64,000 nucleotides of DNA, from positions 615,912 through 679,911 of the forward strand of contig JAAOMT010000590.1 in NCBI GenBank assembly GCA_016748015.1. Direction: 5' to 3'. The DNA is from Geosiphon pyriformis uo1. Lineage: Eukaryota > Fungi > Glomeromycota. This document shows positions 1-11,895 of this stretch, piece by piece. Position 1 is the first letter of the stretch, and every line of letters starts with the position of its first letter. Made by a program: the position numbers and the translations under genes. Under the pieces are notes generated by a model. That model was not told the origin of the DNA, ran no database searches, and saw nothing but the letters and a program-made list of their open reading frames with translations.

Positions 1-208
1 TTAGAAGCCTTATTGTTTCTTTTCTGGTCTGGGTGGCAGTGTGCGGGTTATTATAGGTGTGTAGTGTTGCCTTGTCTGGCTTGAGTGGCTAGCCACATGT
101 AGAAAGTGCATGAATTGCATTTAGTTTGAGCCTCTTAGTTTGGCTCTATGTACTAGATAGCAATTGGGCTACACTCGTTAAATGTGTTAATAAAAAATAA
201 AAAAATAA
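1..208 (+). mobile_element. 3' end of non-LTR retrotransposon (copy 1): ORF2 C-terminus, 3' UTR, A-rich tail
   Basis: Aligns by eye with 11700-11895. ORF2 ends ...IIGV* (TAG 62-64), followed by GTGTTGCCTTGTCTGGCyTGAGTGGCTAGCCACATGTAGAAAGTG and an A-rich tail at ~189-208. Confidence 0.9.
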
Positions 209-1528
209 GATTAATTTAATATTATCAATACTAAAATTTGTTATTATATTTTATTTAAAAATAACTTTATAAAAAAGTTTTTTTAATTTGTTGTTAAATT
301 CTAATTTTAATTTTTTAAAAATTTTAAATATTAACTTAAAAAACTTAAAAAACTGCTTGTTTTTTATAATCTTAAATTTATAAAATTAAGTTTTAAAATT
401 TTTTTAATGATTAATAAACACAAAATTTTATAAACAAAAACTTAAATTACATAAAAAAAATTTTTTTTTAACTTGTCAAATTTATTTACAATATTTAATA
501 CTTTAAACAAAAAAACTTTTTAAATGTTTCTATTTAAATTTGTTTATATTTATAATATATTTTATTATTTTTATTAATTTATTTGTATAATATATTAAGA
601 TATATTTAAAAAATTATTTAAATTAATTAATATAAAAATAATTTTGTAATTAATATTAAAAAATTTATTTATTTTATGTATTTTTTGTTTAATAATAATA
701 TTAAATAAAAATTTATTAGCAAAAATATAATTAATAACTTTTTTTGTTTTTTTAAAATTTTGATTATAAAACAATTTATTAAGAAATTATGCAAATTTAA
801 ATTCAATTATTTTTTAAAACTAATATTTTGTTTAGTATTAATATTATTAAAATTATTAAAATTATTAAAATTATTATAAAAACTATTAAGATATTAATAT
901 TTGTTTTGACAATTATAATATTAATTTGTTTTAATTTTATACTTAAAAAAACTTTAATATAAAAACTTTGAATTATAATTAAAAGCTTGTTTTTGATTAA
1001 TAATAATAAATATATTAACAAAATCTGGTTTAATATTTTAAAAATTTTGCATATATATTTAACTATTTAATATTTAAAATAATTGTTATTTTAGAATTTA
1101 AATTAAAAATAAAAATATTTGTTTTATTAAATTTGTTTATAATTTATAATTTATAATTTAATTTAATCTTTTACTTTTGTTTTATTAATAATAAATATTA
1201 AATTATAATTTTTTTTATATTATTATACAATATTTTTTTGATTAACAAATTTTTTTTTATATTATAAATAATAATTTACAAATTAAATTAATTATTATTA
1301 AAAAAATAATATATTTATTTTTAATAAATAAAACATTTAATCTTAATAAAATAATATTAAAAAACTTAAAAGTTTTATTATTTTGGTTTTTAAATTATTT
1401 AATCTAAATATAAATAAACTAAAAATTTAAAAATTTAAAAACAACAAATTATTAGTTTTTTTAAAAAACTTATTTAAAATTATACTTAAATTAAAAAATC
1501 AATATTAAAAAAAAACAAAAATAAATAA
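209..1528. repeat. Extremely AT-rich block, probable hypermutated TE relic
   Basis: Very few G/C, almost no CC/GG and no CpG seen; lies between two LINE copies; no credible ORF. Confidence 0.5.
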
Positions 1529-4500
1529 TGGGCTCGTCAATATCGGCCTCTGGATTACGTGTTCGATGGTGCTTTCTCTAATGTCATGTGTTCGATTGGT
1601 TTTAATGAGTTGTCAGCTGTTGTTGAGGATCTTCCTGATGGAAAAGCGGCTGGTCTTTCTGGTATCTCCAACGAATTATGGAAACATTGTGACAAATCTG
1701 TTTTGGATATGCTTTTGGTGCTCTTGAATTTCTGTTTGGTTGGCGAGTCGGTCCCTGGGCCTTGGAGAGAAGCCTGGGTTTCAATAATTCCTAAACCATA
1801 TGAATGGAAGGGAGTTCTCACGAACACCCGTCCTATAGCTTTAATTGAAACAGCCTGCAAAATTCTCTCCAAGATCCTTTCAGATAGGATCTCTCTGGCT
1901 TGCAGCACTTTTGATGTTCTTCATGGGGACAATTTTTTGGTTTTAAAGGGTACGACAATGCAATCTCTCATTTTTGCTATCGGTTCTGTGGTTGAGGATG
2001 CCTTGGAGAAGAACCGTGAACTTTGGCTGGTTTTACAGGACATGCGCAAGGCTTGTGACTTGGTGGGTTGGAAACATCTTAGGAGGAATCTAGTCAGGAT
2101 CAAAATGTGTGACAGATTTATTAGATTTTTTGGCAGTATTCACAATGGTCGCGTCAACAGAGTAATGACTAACTTTGGCTTGACTGATGGGTATTGTGTC
2201 CACGATGGGTTGGATCAGAGAGAAGTCTTCTCACCTCTTCTCTGGCGTATTTTTTATGATTCACTTTTGTGCGAGGTTAAAAGACAGGATAGTGTGTATG
2301 GCTACAGATTGAATTCTCATTTCATATTAAGAACTGGCCAGGTGGATCCTCAAGCTGGGCTGTCTTCGTTTCTTGCTGCCGGTGCTTTTGTTGATGATAC
2401 TATTTGAGTTGGTAGCAGCCAGACTGCTACACAACGCATCCTTGATGTTGCTAGTGAGTTTTTTAGGTTTAATGATATTTCTGTAAACAATGACAAAATG
2501 GTGGCCATCCCCATCAATTGCTGGGTGCTGGATCTTTATTTAACTATCAGTGGTGCGCCTATTTCCATTGCCAAGAGAGGGGAATCTCATCACTATTTGG
2601 GTATTTTTTTGTCTTCTGAGGGTCTTTCAAAGCCTAGCTTGGCTAAAGCTTAGGCTGATGTACGGTTTTTTGTGAATCTTGTTTTGAGAAAGGCGATTTC
2701 GGACAAACAATGTGCATATTTGGTGTCTGCAGTTCTCTTCCCTATCATCTGCTATAGGACTCAGTTCAGTTTCGTTTCTGTTGGTATTTGTAGTAAATGG
2801 GATGCTTTGGTATGCAAGGTCTTAAAGTCCAAGTCTGGATTGTCACGTGACTTCTCCAGTGATACACTTCATCACCCCTCTTTGTACAATTTAAAAACTT
2901 TCGAACAGATCCAGGCTGAAAGTAAATCAGCCTCCGTTGTTGTTTTTGCAAATTCTACTGGTGTCTTGGGTCACTTGTTTTCTCATAGGTCTCATGACCT
3001 CCAGGTTCTCAGCTGGCGTCCTCGTCATCCCTTACTGTTTCCGGCTCATGTTGGTATCAGTCCCTCGGATAATTTTTTGGTGGGTGTGGTTTGCATTTTT
3101 TCTGGATGTGATTTGTCTTTGGGAGGCCTTCTAGCTTGTGCTTTTCATCGTCGGTATGGTACTCCTATGTCTTTGGTTCTTGGTGAATCCTGTTTTTTCA
3201 AGTGTGTCTCTTCGCTCAGGCATTATGGAATTGCTTTTGTGGAACAGCTTCGTGACTGTAATGGTGATGTTTTCAGTTGGGGAATCTTCAAGCGTTGGAA
3301 GAGACTAAACCCTCGTGGCCCAGTCCCTTTCTGGTTTAATCTTTCCATTCGCTTTCTTGGTAGCGTTGTGCCTCTCTCCTCAAGTTCTTCTTTGGTGGAT
3401 GGTCATGCTGTGTCTGATATCCGTCTTTCTTATGATTTTGGTGTGATTTGTGACACTCTGCCGACTATTGATGCTGCCCGCTTTTTTGTGTATACAGATG
3501 GATCTCTTTCTGGTCTGGGCACTGTTAACATGAAAGCAGGTGCTGCTGTTTTTTTTGAGGACATTAACTTGGGTTTGGGTGTTGGGGTGTCTGGTTTGGT
3601 TTTTTCTACTCTGACAGAACTGCAGGCCATAGCTTTGGCCCTTGAGTGTGTTTCTTTTTCTCGTTCGATTGACTTGTTCTCAAATAGCCAGGCTGCGTTG
3701 AATACATGTAGGTCGGAGTCTTCATTGTCTGGATTTCAGAAACCGCTGTTGGATCGAGCGTCGTCACATTGCCACCGTCATTTGTCAAAAGAATTTGGAT
3801 GTGAATTGGGTTAAGGTGAAAAGTCATTCAGATGTCTTAGGCAACGAGCGTGCTGATGCACTTGCCAAAGGTGCTGCTCTCTCTGCTTGGTGCCTATCTT
3901 ATTTAGTCAGTGAACGTTTTCTGTGTGCTGGTGGTACGGCAGTTTCTGGTAATTCTAAACACTTTGTTCGTAATGTTTTCTGGTTAGTTCATCGAGCTTG
4001 TTGGGAGATTGGAGTGGGTTCTTGTGTTGTGAATGATAGTTTGCGTGCTAATATCAATTGGTCTAAGTCTTCTATGGTGTGGCACCCCAATTCTCACTTG
4101 GCATCCAGTTTTACCAGCATGCGCATGGCAGGCTGTCGTACTTACTTTATGAAGGCTTTCCATCATCAACTTCCTGTTGCTATACACAAGCATTTATATA
4201 ATAGGAGATACCCCAGTGTGGTTTGTTTGTTTTGTGGTAACATTGAGACCTCAGATCATGTCTTCTCGTGTCTTCAGGATGCTGTTGGCCGTGCTCGATT
4301 ATTGGGTGCACATGCTTCAGCTTGGGAGGCTCTTTCTGGTCTGTCTCGCTCTTTTTCATGTGTATTACAGGCCTTGGCTTCTTGTGTTTCTGAGGTTGGA
4401 GTTGGTGTTGCTCTGTGTAAGGGCTTTGTTTTTGATGAATGGTTTCGTGAGTCTGTCTCAGTCTTCAAAGATGCTAAGGAGGGTGCTAAGAGGATTGTAA

Positions 4501-4925
4501 GCTTTGTGCATGAGTTTTGTCTGGCATTTCGGGATGATGTTTGGTTAGTCCAGGCCAGACACCGAGCATTTATGGAAAAGCATGGTTTGATTCCACGTGA
4601 TGGCTCTGCTCCTGCTTCAGTTTCTGGTTTGCCTATGGTGTTCTCAGCTGGTGTGGTCAGATTGCTGGGGGTGGCTGAGGCTTTTGGAGTTGGTTTCGGG
4701 TTTCGTAAGTTTTGTCCATTTTTTTCAGGTATTGGAGATCCAGTTTCTGTGCATATAGATGTATAGTGTAATCCTGACTGGCCCGAGTGGCTGGTCACGT
4801 GTAGTAAGCGCATAATTCACACCTAGTTTAGATCATTTGTATGATGTATAGCACTAGGTCGCATTTGGACCTCATTCGTAAAAAAATAAAAAATAAAAAA
4901 AATAAATAAATAAATAAAAATAAAA
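1529..4925 (+). mobile_element. 5'-truncated non-LTR retrotransposon (copy 2): RT, RNase H, C-terminal Zn finger, 3' UTR, A-rich tail; pseudogenised
   Basis: Starts abruptly at WARQYRPLDY. RT motifs IPKPYEW..TRPIALIE, LQDMRKA and AFVDDT; RNase H VYTDGSL..ELQAI..WVKVKSH..GNERADALAK; CLFCG..DHVFSC; ORF stop at 4766; A/TAAA tail 4880-4925. Internal stops at 2405 and 2651, frameshift near 3725. Confidence 0.93.
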
Positions 4926-5125
4926 TATTTAATTTCAAATCAGATAACAAAAACTTAAAAGTTTTTAAATTTTATTTGTTTTAATACTATTAGTTAAACA
5001 AAATTTTTTTCTTGTTGATCTCCTGACCATGATAAGAGCATAGATATTTCTGAAGTATTCACTTTTCTTCCTCCCTTTTTCCCTAGTCCCTGTTAGCTAT
5101 TTCTTCTATTACACCTCTGTTTGTC

Positions 5126-7072
5126 ATGATGGAACTGGTGAGCTCTTCTGCTGGTGGCTCTGAGTCAATTTTGGCTGGTTTGGGGACCCGCCAAAGTGCG
5201 AAAAGCAAGCGTGTGGATACAGTATACTTTCGAGGTGTGTCCTATAAGAAGCCAAAGAAGCCTGTTGCTGGTATTGTGATTGACTTATCTGCTGGCCCTC
5301 TGGGCTTGGAAAATCTTGGTGATGCTGGCGTTAAGCCTGGGATATCTTGGGGAAGCGAAGTTGGCAGTGTCACTAGCAGTGTAAGTGATCTCTCGGATGT
5401 TGAAAATATGGCAAACACAATTGCTGAAAAAACCAGTTACATGGAATCAGGTAAGGACAACAATATGGATGAGACAATGCTGAGAAAGACTCGCACTTAG
5501 ACGTTTGCACTGGACAACCCTCTGAAGCAGTCTTCATTTGAACGTATGAGTGATGATAATGTTGTGCTGGATCTTCCTTCTTATGTAGATATTGGGTTCA
5601 ATTAGTCGCCACTGTTTGGATCACATGCCCCAGAAATATGGAACTTTAATACGACAAAATCTTTTGTGCTTGATATTGAGCTTTCTACAGTGCCTGGCAA
5701 GTTAGTTAGTGATAAATTAATTTTATTAAAAAAAATCTTTTATTGTGTTGATGGTTTTGGGGGAGTCTCTACTCTCTCAAAATTTTCTGGTATTATTAGA
5801 TCATTTTTTACATCAGAATTTAGTTTGAATAAGGCCAGGGAAATGGCAATCTGTGAGAAAATTTTGGTTAATGATGATGTCAGAAAAGCAAACAGCCATT
5901 CAGATTAGGAGGTGATCATCAAAGAGATTCCAATAGATCTTCCCAGATCAGTGGTGGAATCAGTTTTCTTTAAATTTGGCAAGATTGTGTCTATCAAGAT
6001 GCAGCTAATTGGTCTTTGACAAAAGACCTTAGTTGAATTTGAGTTGTCTGAAATTGCCAGTCAGATTGCTTCTATGTGGTCTGTTTTTATGGGAAAAGAT
6101 TCTGTGCATGTGGCTTTGGTGATTAATGATAAACAAATGTGGGTATCTAGGGATCAGCATCGGACATTGCTATACACTTTTCTAGTGGGCACCACTGCCC
6201 ATGATCTTTCCGATTTGTTGGTATCCTATGGTGAGAAGTCTTGTTTTATTGGCCACAATCTTAGTTCATATGTTCATGATAGGTGTGCTGTAATTTGTTT
6301 TGGTGATAAGACGTCCAAGTTGGCTGCTATTGGCACAGTTCCTATTTTCAAGGGTGTAAATTTGTGTTGTGCTGATTTCTCTCTGGCCTGTTGTAGTCGG
6401 TGTAAACAATTTGGTCATATTTCTGTTAACTGTTCGATGGGTGAAAATTCTGGTGGTCGAGGAAGGTGGGTGGTTTCTGATCAGGATCAGGTTTGTCTGG
6501 CTGGAATATATAAGAAAAAAATGGCTCCTATTGCGCAGCCAGTTTTATTTGATGACAAGATGTAGGCTCAGGTTGCCGGTGGCTCTTCTTTTTGTATGGT
6601 TCTTTTGGATGCTTTTGGTGTTGGTTCAACCTCAGGCATAAACTCTCTCTCAATGTCCTTTGGGTCCTTCGATGTCTCTGATTTAGGCGGTCATTTGACA
6701 TCCCTGGAATGCTCCTTAGAACTCTTAGCTAACCAGGTTTCTGGTATTATGAAAAGATTGAGTTTTGTCGAGTTGGTGCCTTTGGCATCTTCCTCTCATG
6801 TTTTTCCTTCAAATGTTTCTGTGCCTGTGGTTTCAGTTGTGGACTCAAATATGGCTCTGGATGGTGGGTTGACTTCATCTACACCTTCTGTTTCTGGTGC
6901 TAATGTGTTTGATGTTGTTCTTAGTTCGAGTGATTTGAAAGTTCTTACCTCCAAGATAGGTGGTCTGAAATCTAAAATGTCTGCTTTGGAAGCTTCAATT
7001 GGTTCAGTTCTGGTGAGATTGGATCTTTTGTGTTTTAGTTTTGGTTCCCATGTTCTTTTTTTGTCTCAATGA
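5126..7072 (+). pseudogene. LINE ORF1 (gag-like, RRM-like segment plus CCHC zinc knuckle), interrupted by stops
   Basis: One reading frame broken by in-frame stops at 5498, 5906, 6018 and 6563, among others. Contains VIIKEIPIDLPRSVVESVFFKFGKIVSIK, the knuckle CSRCKQFGHISVNC and a C-terminal coiled segment. Confidence 0.85.
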
Positions 7073-10000
7073 GTGATCTGGTCTGGAAATTTGCAACATG
7101 TAATGTTCGAGGTATCAACATTCCTGTGAAGCAAGCAGACATTGTTCATTGGCATGTGGATTCTGGAAATATGGTTTCTTTTGTTACTGAAACGAAGTTG
7201 AGATCCTTTGCTGGGCCATGGATCAAGAATAAATTTGATGAAATTTGGATTTTTACTTCTGGTTTGGATGTTGGTTATCTCGATGCAGGTGTTGCTGTGA
7301 TCATGAACAATTCTTTGGCTTGTCATGTTTCTAAGATTAAAGAGATCTCTGGTCAGGTTGCTTTTGTGCGACTTTTGTTCAAAGGCAAGCTTTCGGTAAC
7401 TGTGCTTGGTTTGTATGCTGGTGCTTTTTCTGGCACTTGTTTTGGTCAGGCATCTGAGGTTAATTCTTTCATTGCTAAGGCTGTCAATACCAGGACCTTT
7501 ATTGTGTTGGGTGGAGATTTTAATAAGAGCAAATCTGGAAGGAGCGTGAGTTTTAAGTTTTGCTTGGGTCTGGGTTTGGTCAATTCTTTTGCTGGTCATC
7601 ATTTGGCTAGGACACCTACATAGTGCAATTCAAGAGGGTTTGAGAAGACTATTGATTACATTTTTGTTAGTAAAAATCTGTTTTCCACTGTTGCTAAGCA
7701 TTGGATTGAACCTGTTTCTGAATTTTTTGATATGGATCACAGTGCTGTCATGGTGTCGGTTGGCTTGGGTGGACTCTTGAATGCTCAGTTAAATAGTTTG
7801 CACAAGCAGGCTAACAAGAATTGTTGGAAGTTCAGAATTAAGGATGCGGATATTGCCAAATAGAGTAAGTTTAAGGATTGTGTTTTAAATAAACTTCTGT
7901 TGGTCAAGGACTTTTTTTCTGAGGCCAAAGCTGGTGGTGATCTAGATACTATGTGGGTGATTTTGGAGAGGGGAATGATTGAATTGGCTAATGAGGTGTT
8001 CGCGAAGCATTGGTTTAGTGAGTTTCAATGCCCTAGGAATAAACATTCTTCAAAATTTTTTGGGCTCGAGCTACTTGTTGCTAAAATTGTTAACAAAATT
8101 GGTTCTGGTAACATGCTTGGAGTAGATCATTTTGTAAGAAAATGGTTCACTTTGGATGAAGCCAAGGTTAGCACTTTTTCTGACTTGGTCATCTTGGGTG
8201 GGGACAGTGTTGTTCTTCTCAAGCATTTGTCATTGGTTCGCAAAGAATACAGAAGGTCAAAAATGTTTGAGTCGAGATTGACTGAGGAGACTTCCATTAG
8301 AAAAGCTATAGAAAAGTGCATGGAAAGCTTTGCTTCTAATAAGGGTGGCATGATCTAAAGTGTTTTGGACTGGCCTTTTCATAAGATGGTCCTTGATCAT
8401 TTGGTGATTAATGATAACTTGGTTTTGGAACCTGAAAAGGTAAAGTCTAAGATAAACAAGATCATGATGGGGTGGACAAGAGTTTGCACTATACCTCAAT
8501 TATTGTCTGAATGCTGAGTTTGCCAGTACATGCCATTGAATTATATAAGGGATGATGCCTTTTCTGGTGTTATAAGGGAGATAGTTATGGAGGAGTTGCT
8601 TCTGGTGGTGGGTGGTCTGCCTGATGATAAGGTTGCTGGCCTGTCTGGTATTCCCAATGAACTATGGAAGCATGACGGGTAAAGTGATTCTGAGCTGTCT
8701 GTTGGTTTTGCTGAATGCTTGCTTGTCCGTTAGCAGAGTGCTTGTTTTTTGGAAAAGGGCCTGGGTGTTGATGATTCCTAAGCTGTATGATTGGGATGGT
8801 GTTCTCATGAACACTCATCCCATTGCTCTGATTGAAACTGCCAGGAAGATTCTCTCTAAGGTTCTGTCTGATCAGATTTTTTTTGTATGTAGTAAGTTTG
8901 GTGTTCTCCGTGGTGACAATTTCTCTGTGTTGAAGGACACATCTACACAATCTCTGGTGTTTGCTATTGGGGTGGTTGTAGAGGATGCTCTTGAAAAGGA
9001 TAGAGAACTTTGGCTGGTTCTGTAGGACATGCGAAAAGCATATAATTCTGTTGGGTAGCATCATTTAAGGGCTAGTTTGCGGAGGATTAAGATGTGTGAC
9101 AAATTCATCAGATTTTTTGGTAGTATACATGAAAGTAGATTCAACAGGATGATGACTGATTTTGGTCTTTCTGATGGGTATCATGTTTGTGATGATTTGG
9201 ATCAGAGTGAAGTTTTCTTGCCCCTTTTGTGGAGGATTTTTTATGATCTGCTTCTGTGTGAGGTTAAAAGACATGAACAGATTTTTGGGTATTAGATAAG
9301 TTCCAAGTTTGTTTCAAAATCAGGTTGAATTGAAGACAGTGGTGAGTTGTCATCCTATTTCATAGCTGGTGCTTTTGTTGATGATACAATTTGGATTGGG
9401 AACTGTCAAGCTGTTACTCAGAATATTTTGGACATTGTAAGTGAGTTTTTTGTTATCAATGACATTTCCATCAACAATAAAAAGACTGTGGCCATCCCGA
9501 TCAATTAAGATGTTAGAATTGCTTCTTTGAGTATTAATGGTCTGCCTGTTTCAATAGCTAAAAAGGGTATAGCTTATCACTATCTGGGTATTTTTTTGTC
9601 CACTGAGGGGCTTTCAAAACCGAATGTGGCCAAGGCATATTCTGATGTTCGTTTCTTTGCTAATGTGGTTCTCAGGAAGGCTATCACTGATAAACAGTTT
9701 TCATATCTGGTATTGGCCGTCTTGCAGCCTATTATTAGCTATCGCACTCAGTTCAGCTTTGTCTCATTAAATGTGTGTAACAAATGGGATGTGATGTTGA
9801 AGAAGAGCCTTAAGTCTAAAGCTGGTTTGTCCTATGATTTCCCCAATGAGGCTCTGTGTCATCCGTCTTTATATGGTCTAAAGTCTTTTGAGCAGGTGCA
9901 ATCTGAGAGGAAGTTGGCTGCCTTGATTTTATTTTCCAACTCTTCTGGTATTCTTGGCCAGTTGTTTGAGCACAGGCTTCTCGATTTGTAAGTTCTAGGG

Positions 10001-11761
10001 TGGTCTCCTTTGAATTCTTTGCAGTTTCCTGTTAGGTTGCGTGTTAGCTCCATGAACAATTTTTTGGCAGGCATGGTTAAGATTTTTCTGTGCAATGAGC
10101 TGTCTCTGTCAAATAGATTACCCAATGCTTTTCATAGTCCTGGTAATTTTCCTGTGTCCTTTATCTTGGAGAGTTCTTTGCATTTCAATTCGGTCCATTT
10201 ATTGAAGCATTTTGGTGTGGCTTTTGGTGATAAATTGTTTGACAAAAAGGGGCGTATTATGAGTTGGGCAACTTTTCAGCATTGGAAGAGGCTGGGGCCA
10301 AGGAGTCCTGTTCCTTACTGGTTTACAGTTGTGTCTGATTTTTTTTGTGGTATTGGAGTCTCACTGGCCGGTTCTGTAAAGTCTACTTGTCTTTCTGGAG
10401 TGAGTGTTTTGGATTCCGAGAAGTTTTCTGTAGTTGTTAGTAAGTTGCATGAGGTCTAGTCTAACTCGTTTGAGGTTTTTACGGATGGCTCATTAAAAAA
10501 TTTTGGTAGTGCTGATGTTGTCAGTAGTGTGGCGGCTTTTTTTCCTGTTATTGATATGAATATTGACATTAGAGTTGATAGGCTGTTGTCTTCTACTATG
10601 GCCAAACTGCAAGCCATTGCTTTGTCTTTAGAGTGTGTTCCGTCTTTTTGTATGGTGATCGTGTATGCTGACAGCCAAGCAGCTATTGATGTGTGTGTTT
10701 TTGAGATGTCATTGTCCATACCTGATTTCCACTTCTCTTGTTGGTTGGAAAGACGCCGGATTTTTGATTTGGTTCATAAAAAGGATCTTTCTGTGCATTG
10801 GATTAAGGTCAAAGGGCATTCTGAGATTGTTGGTAATGTTAGAGCTGATGCTACTGCTGGTGATGCTGTTTTTTCTTGTTTATTTTTGCCTGTCAGTGTC
10901 CAAGAGTGCTTTTTGGTTGCTGAGAATACACCGGTCTCTGGTAATACTCATCATTTTGTTTGGGATTTGTATAAAGCTGTTTGCTGTGCATGGTAGGAGG
11001 TGAGACCTGGCCGTGATATGATTTCTGGTGTGCTGATTGAGGCTGTGGATTGGGATGCTACTGTTAGGGTGTGGCATCCTGATTCACATATGCTTGCTGG
11101 TTTTACTAGTCAGAAGTCTTCTTGTTTTCGCACGTATCTAATGAAAGCTGTGCACTAATGGCTTCCTGTGATGGTTAGGAAACATTTGTATGATAAATTG
11201 TACCCTGGTGTGCTGTGCTTATTGTGTTATGAGGTGGAGTTACCAGACCATGTTTTCACGTGTTCTTATAATGTGGAGGTTTACAAGAAGGTTTTGATTG
11301 CAGCGTGTTCAGATTGGCTGTCCATAGTTGGTTCTCATGGCTTGTTATCTTCTGCTGTTTTGCAATCTTTTGGTCAGTGTTTTTTGGACATTAGTTTGTA
11401 TTCGGTTCTGTGTAAAGAGTTTGTGCTGAGAGAGTGGTGTGAAGAGGCAGTGGAAATTTTGGATGGTAAGAAAGAAACTGTCAGCGCTGTGGTTAGTTTT
11501 GTTGGGCATTTGGTTGAACTACATCACTCTAAAGCCTGGTTGACAAGGTCAGCATTTAGGGTAAAAATAGAAAAAACTGGTCTGGTTGGGAATGACAATT
11601 TGTTTTCTGGTTTGTTTTATTGCTTGGGTTCTTTGTTGCCCGATAAGGTGGTGAGAATGCTTGGCATTGCTGGCTCTTTTGCTGTTAATTTTGGCCGTCA
11701 CAGATCTTACCTTTTTTTCTCTGGTCTGGATGGTAGTCTTAGTGTTGATATAGGTGTGTAG
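7069..11761 (+). pseudogene. LINE ORF2: APE endonuclease, reverse transcriptase, RNase H, CCHC finger; many premature stops
   Basis: APE motifs ATCNVRGI, VTETKL, LGGDFN, IDYIFVS; RT LIETARK and AFVDDT; RNase H FTDGSL..WIKVKGH..GNVRAD; CLLC..DHVFTC. Stops e.g. 7621, 7861, 8356, 9023, 9293, 9989, 10457, 10994; one frameshift near 8670. Confidence 0.93.
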
Positions 11762-11895
11762 TGTTGCCTTGTCTGGCCTGAGTGGCTAGCCACATGTAGA
11801 AAGTGTGTAAACTGTGTTTAGTTTAAGTTTCTTAGTTTGATTCTATGTATTATATAGCAGTTGGACTTCACTTGTTAAACTTATTAATAAAAAAT

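Larger units (their letters stand above)
5010..11895 (+). mobile_element. Near full-length non-LTR retrotransposon (copy 3, two-ORF LINE with RNase H), inactivated
   Basis: Pyrimidine-rich 5' UTR; ORF1 5126-7072; ORF2 7069-11761 overlapping ORF1 at ATGA; 3' UTR similar to copy 1; A-rich tail ~11885-11895. The 5' boundary is approximate. Confidence 0.92.

Noticed and set aside
803-1021. 72-aa I/L/K/N-rich ORF
   Set aside because: Artefact of AT-rich low-complexity sequence with a 9-bp repeat.
4765-4880. Hammerhead/HDV ribozyme or true tRNA in the LINE 3' UTR
   Set aside because: No CUGANGA..GAAA core, no HDV nested pseudoknot, no T-arm GTTCRA.
1500-4930. Target-site duplication around LINE copy 2
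   Set aside because: Both flanks are A/TAAA runs, so a TSD cannot be distinguished from the tail.
1555-11077. Many minus-strand and alternate-frame ORFs over the LINEs
   Set aside because: Shadow frames of RT/RNase H coding sequence; no independent motifs.
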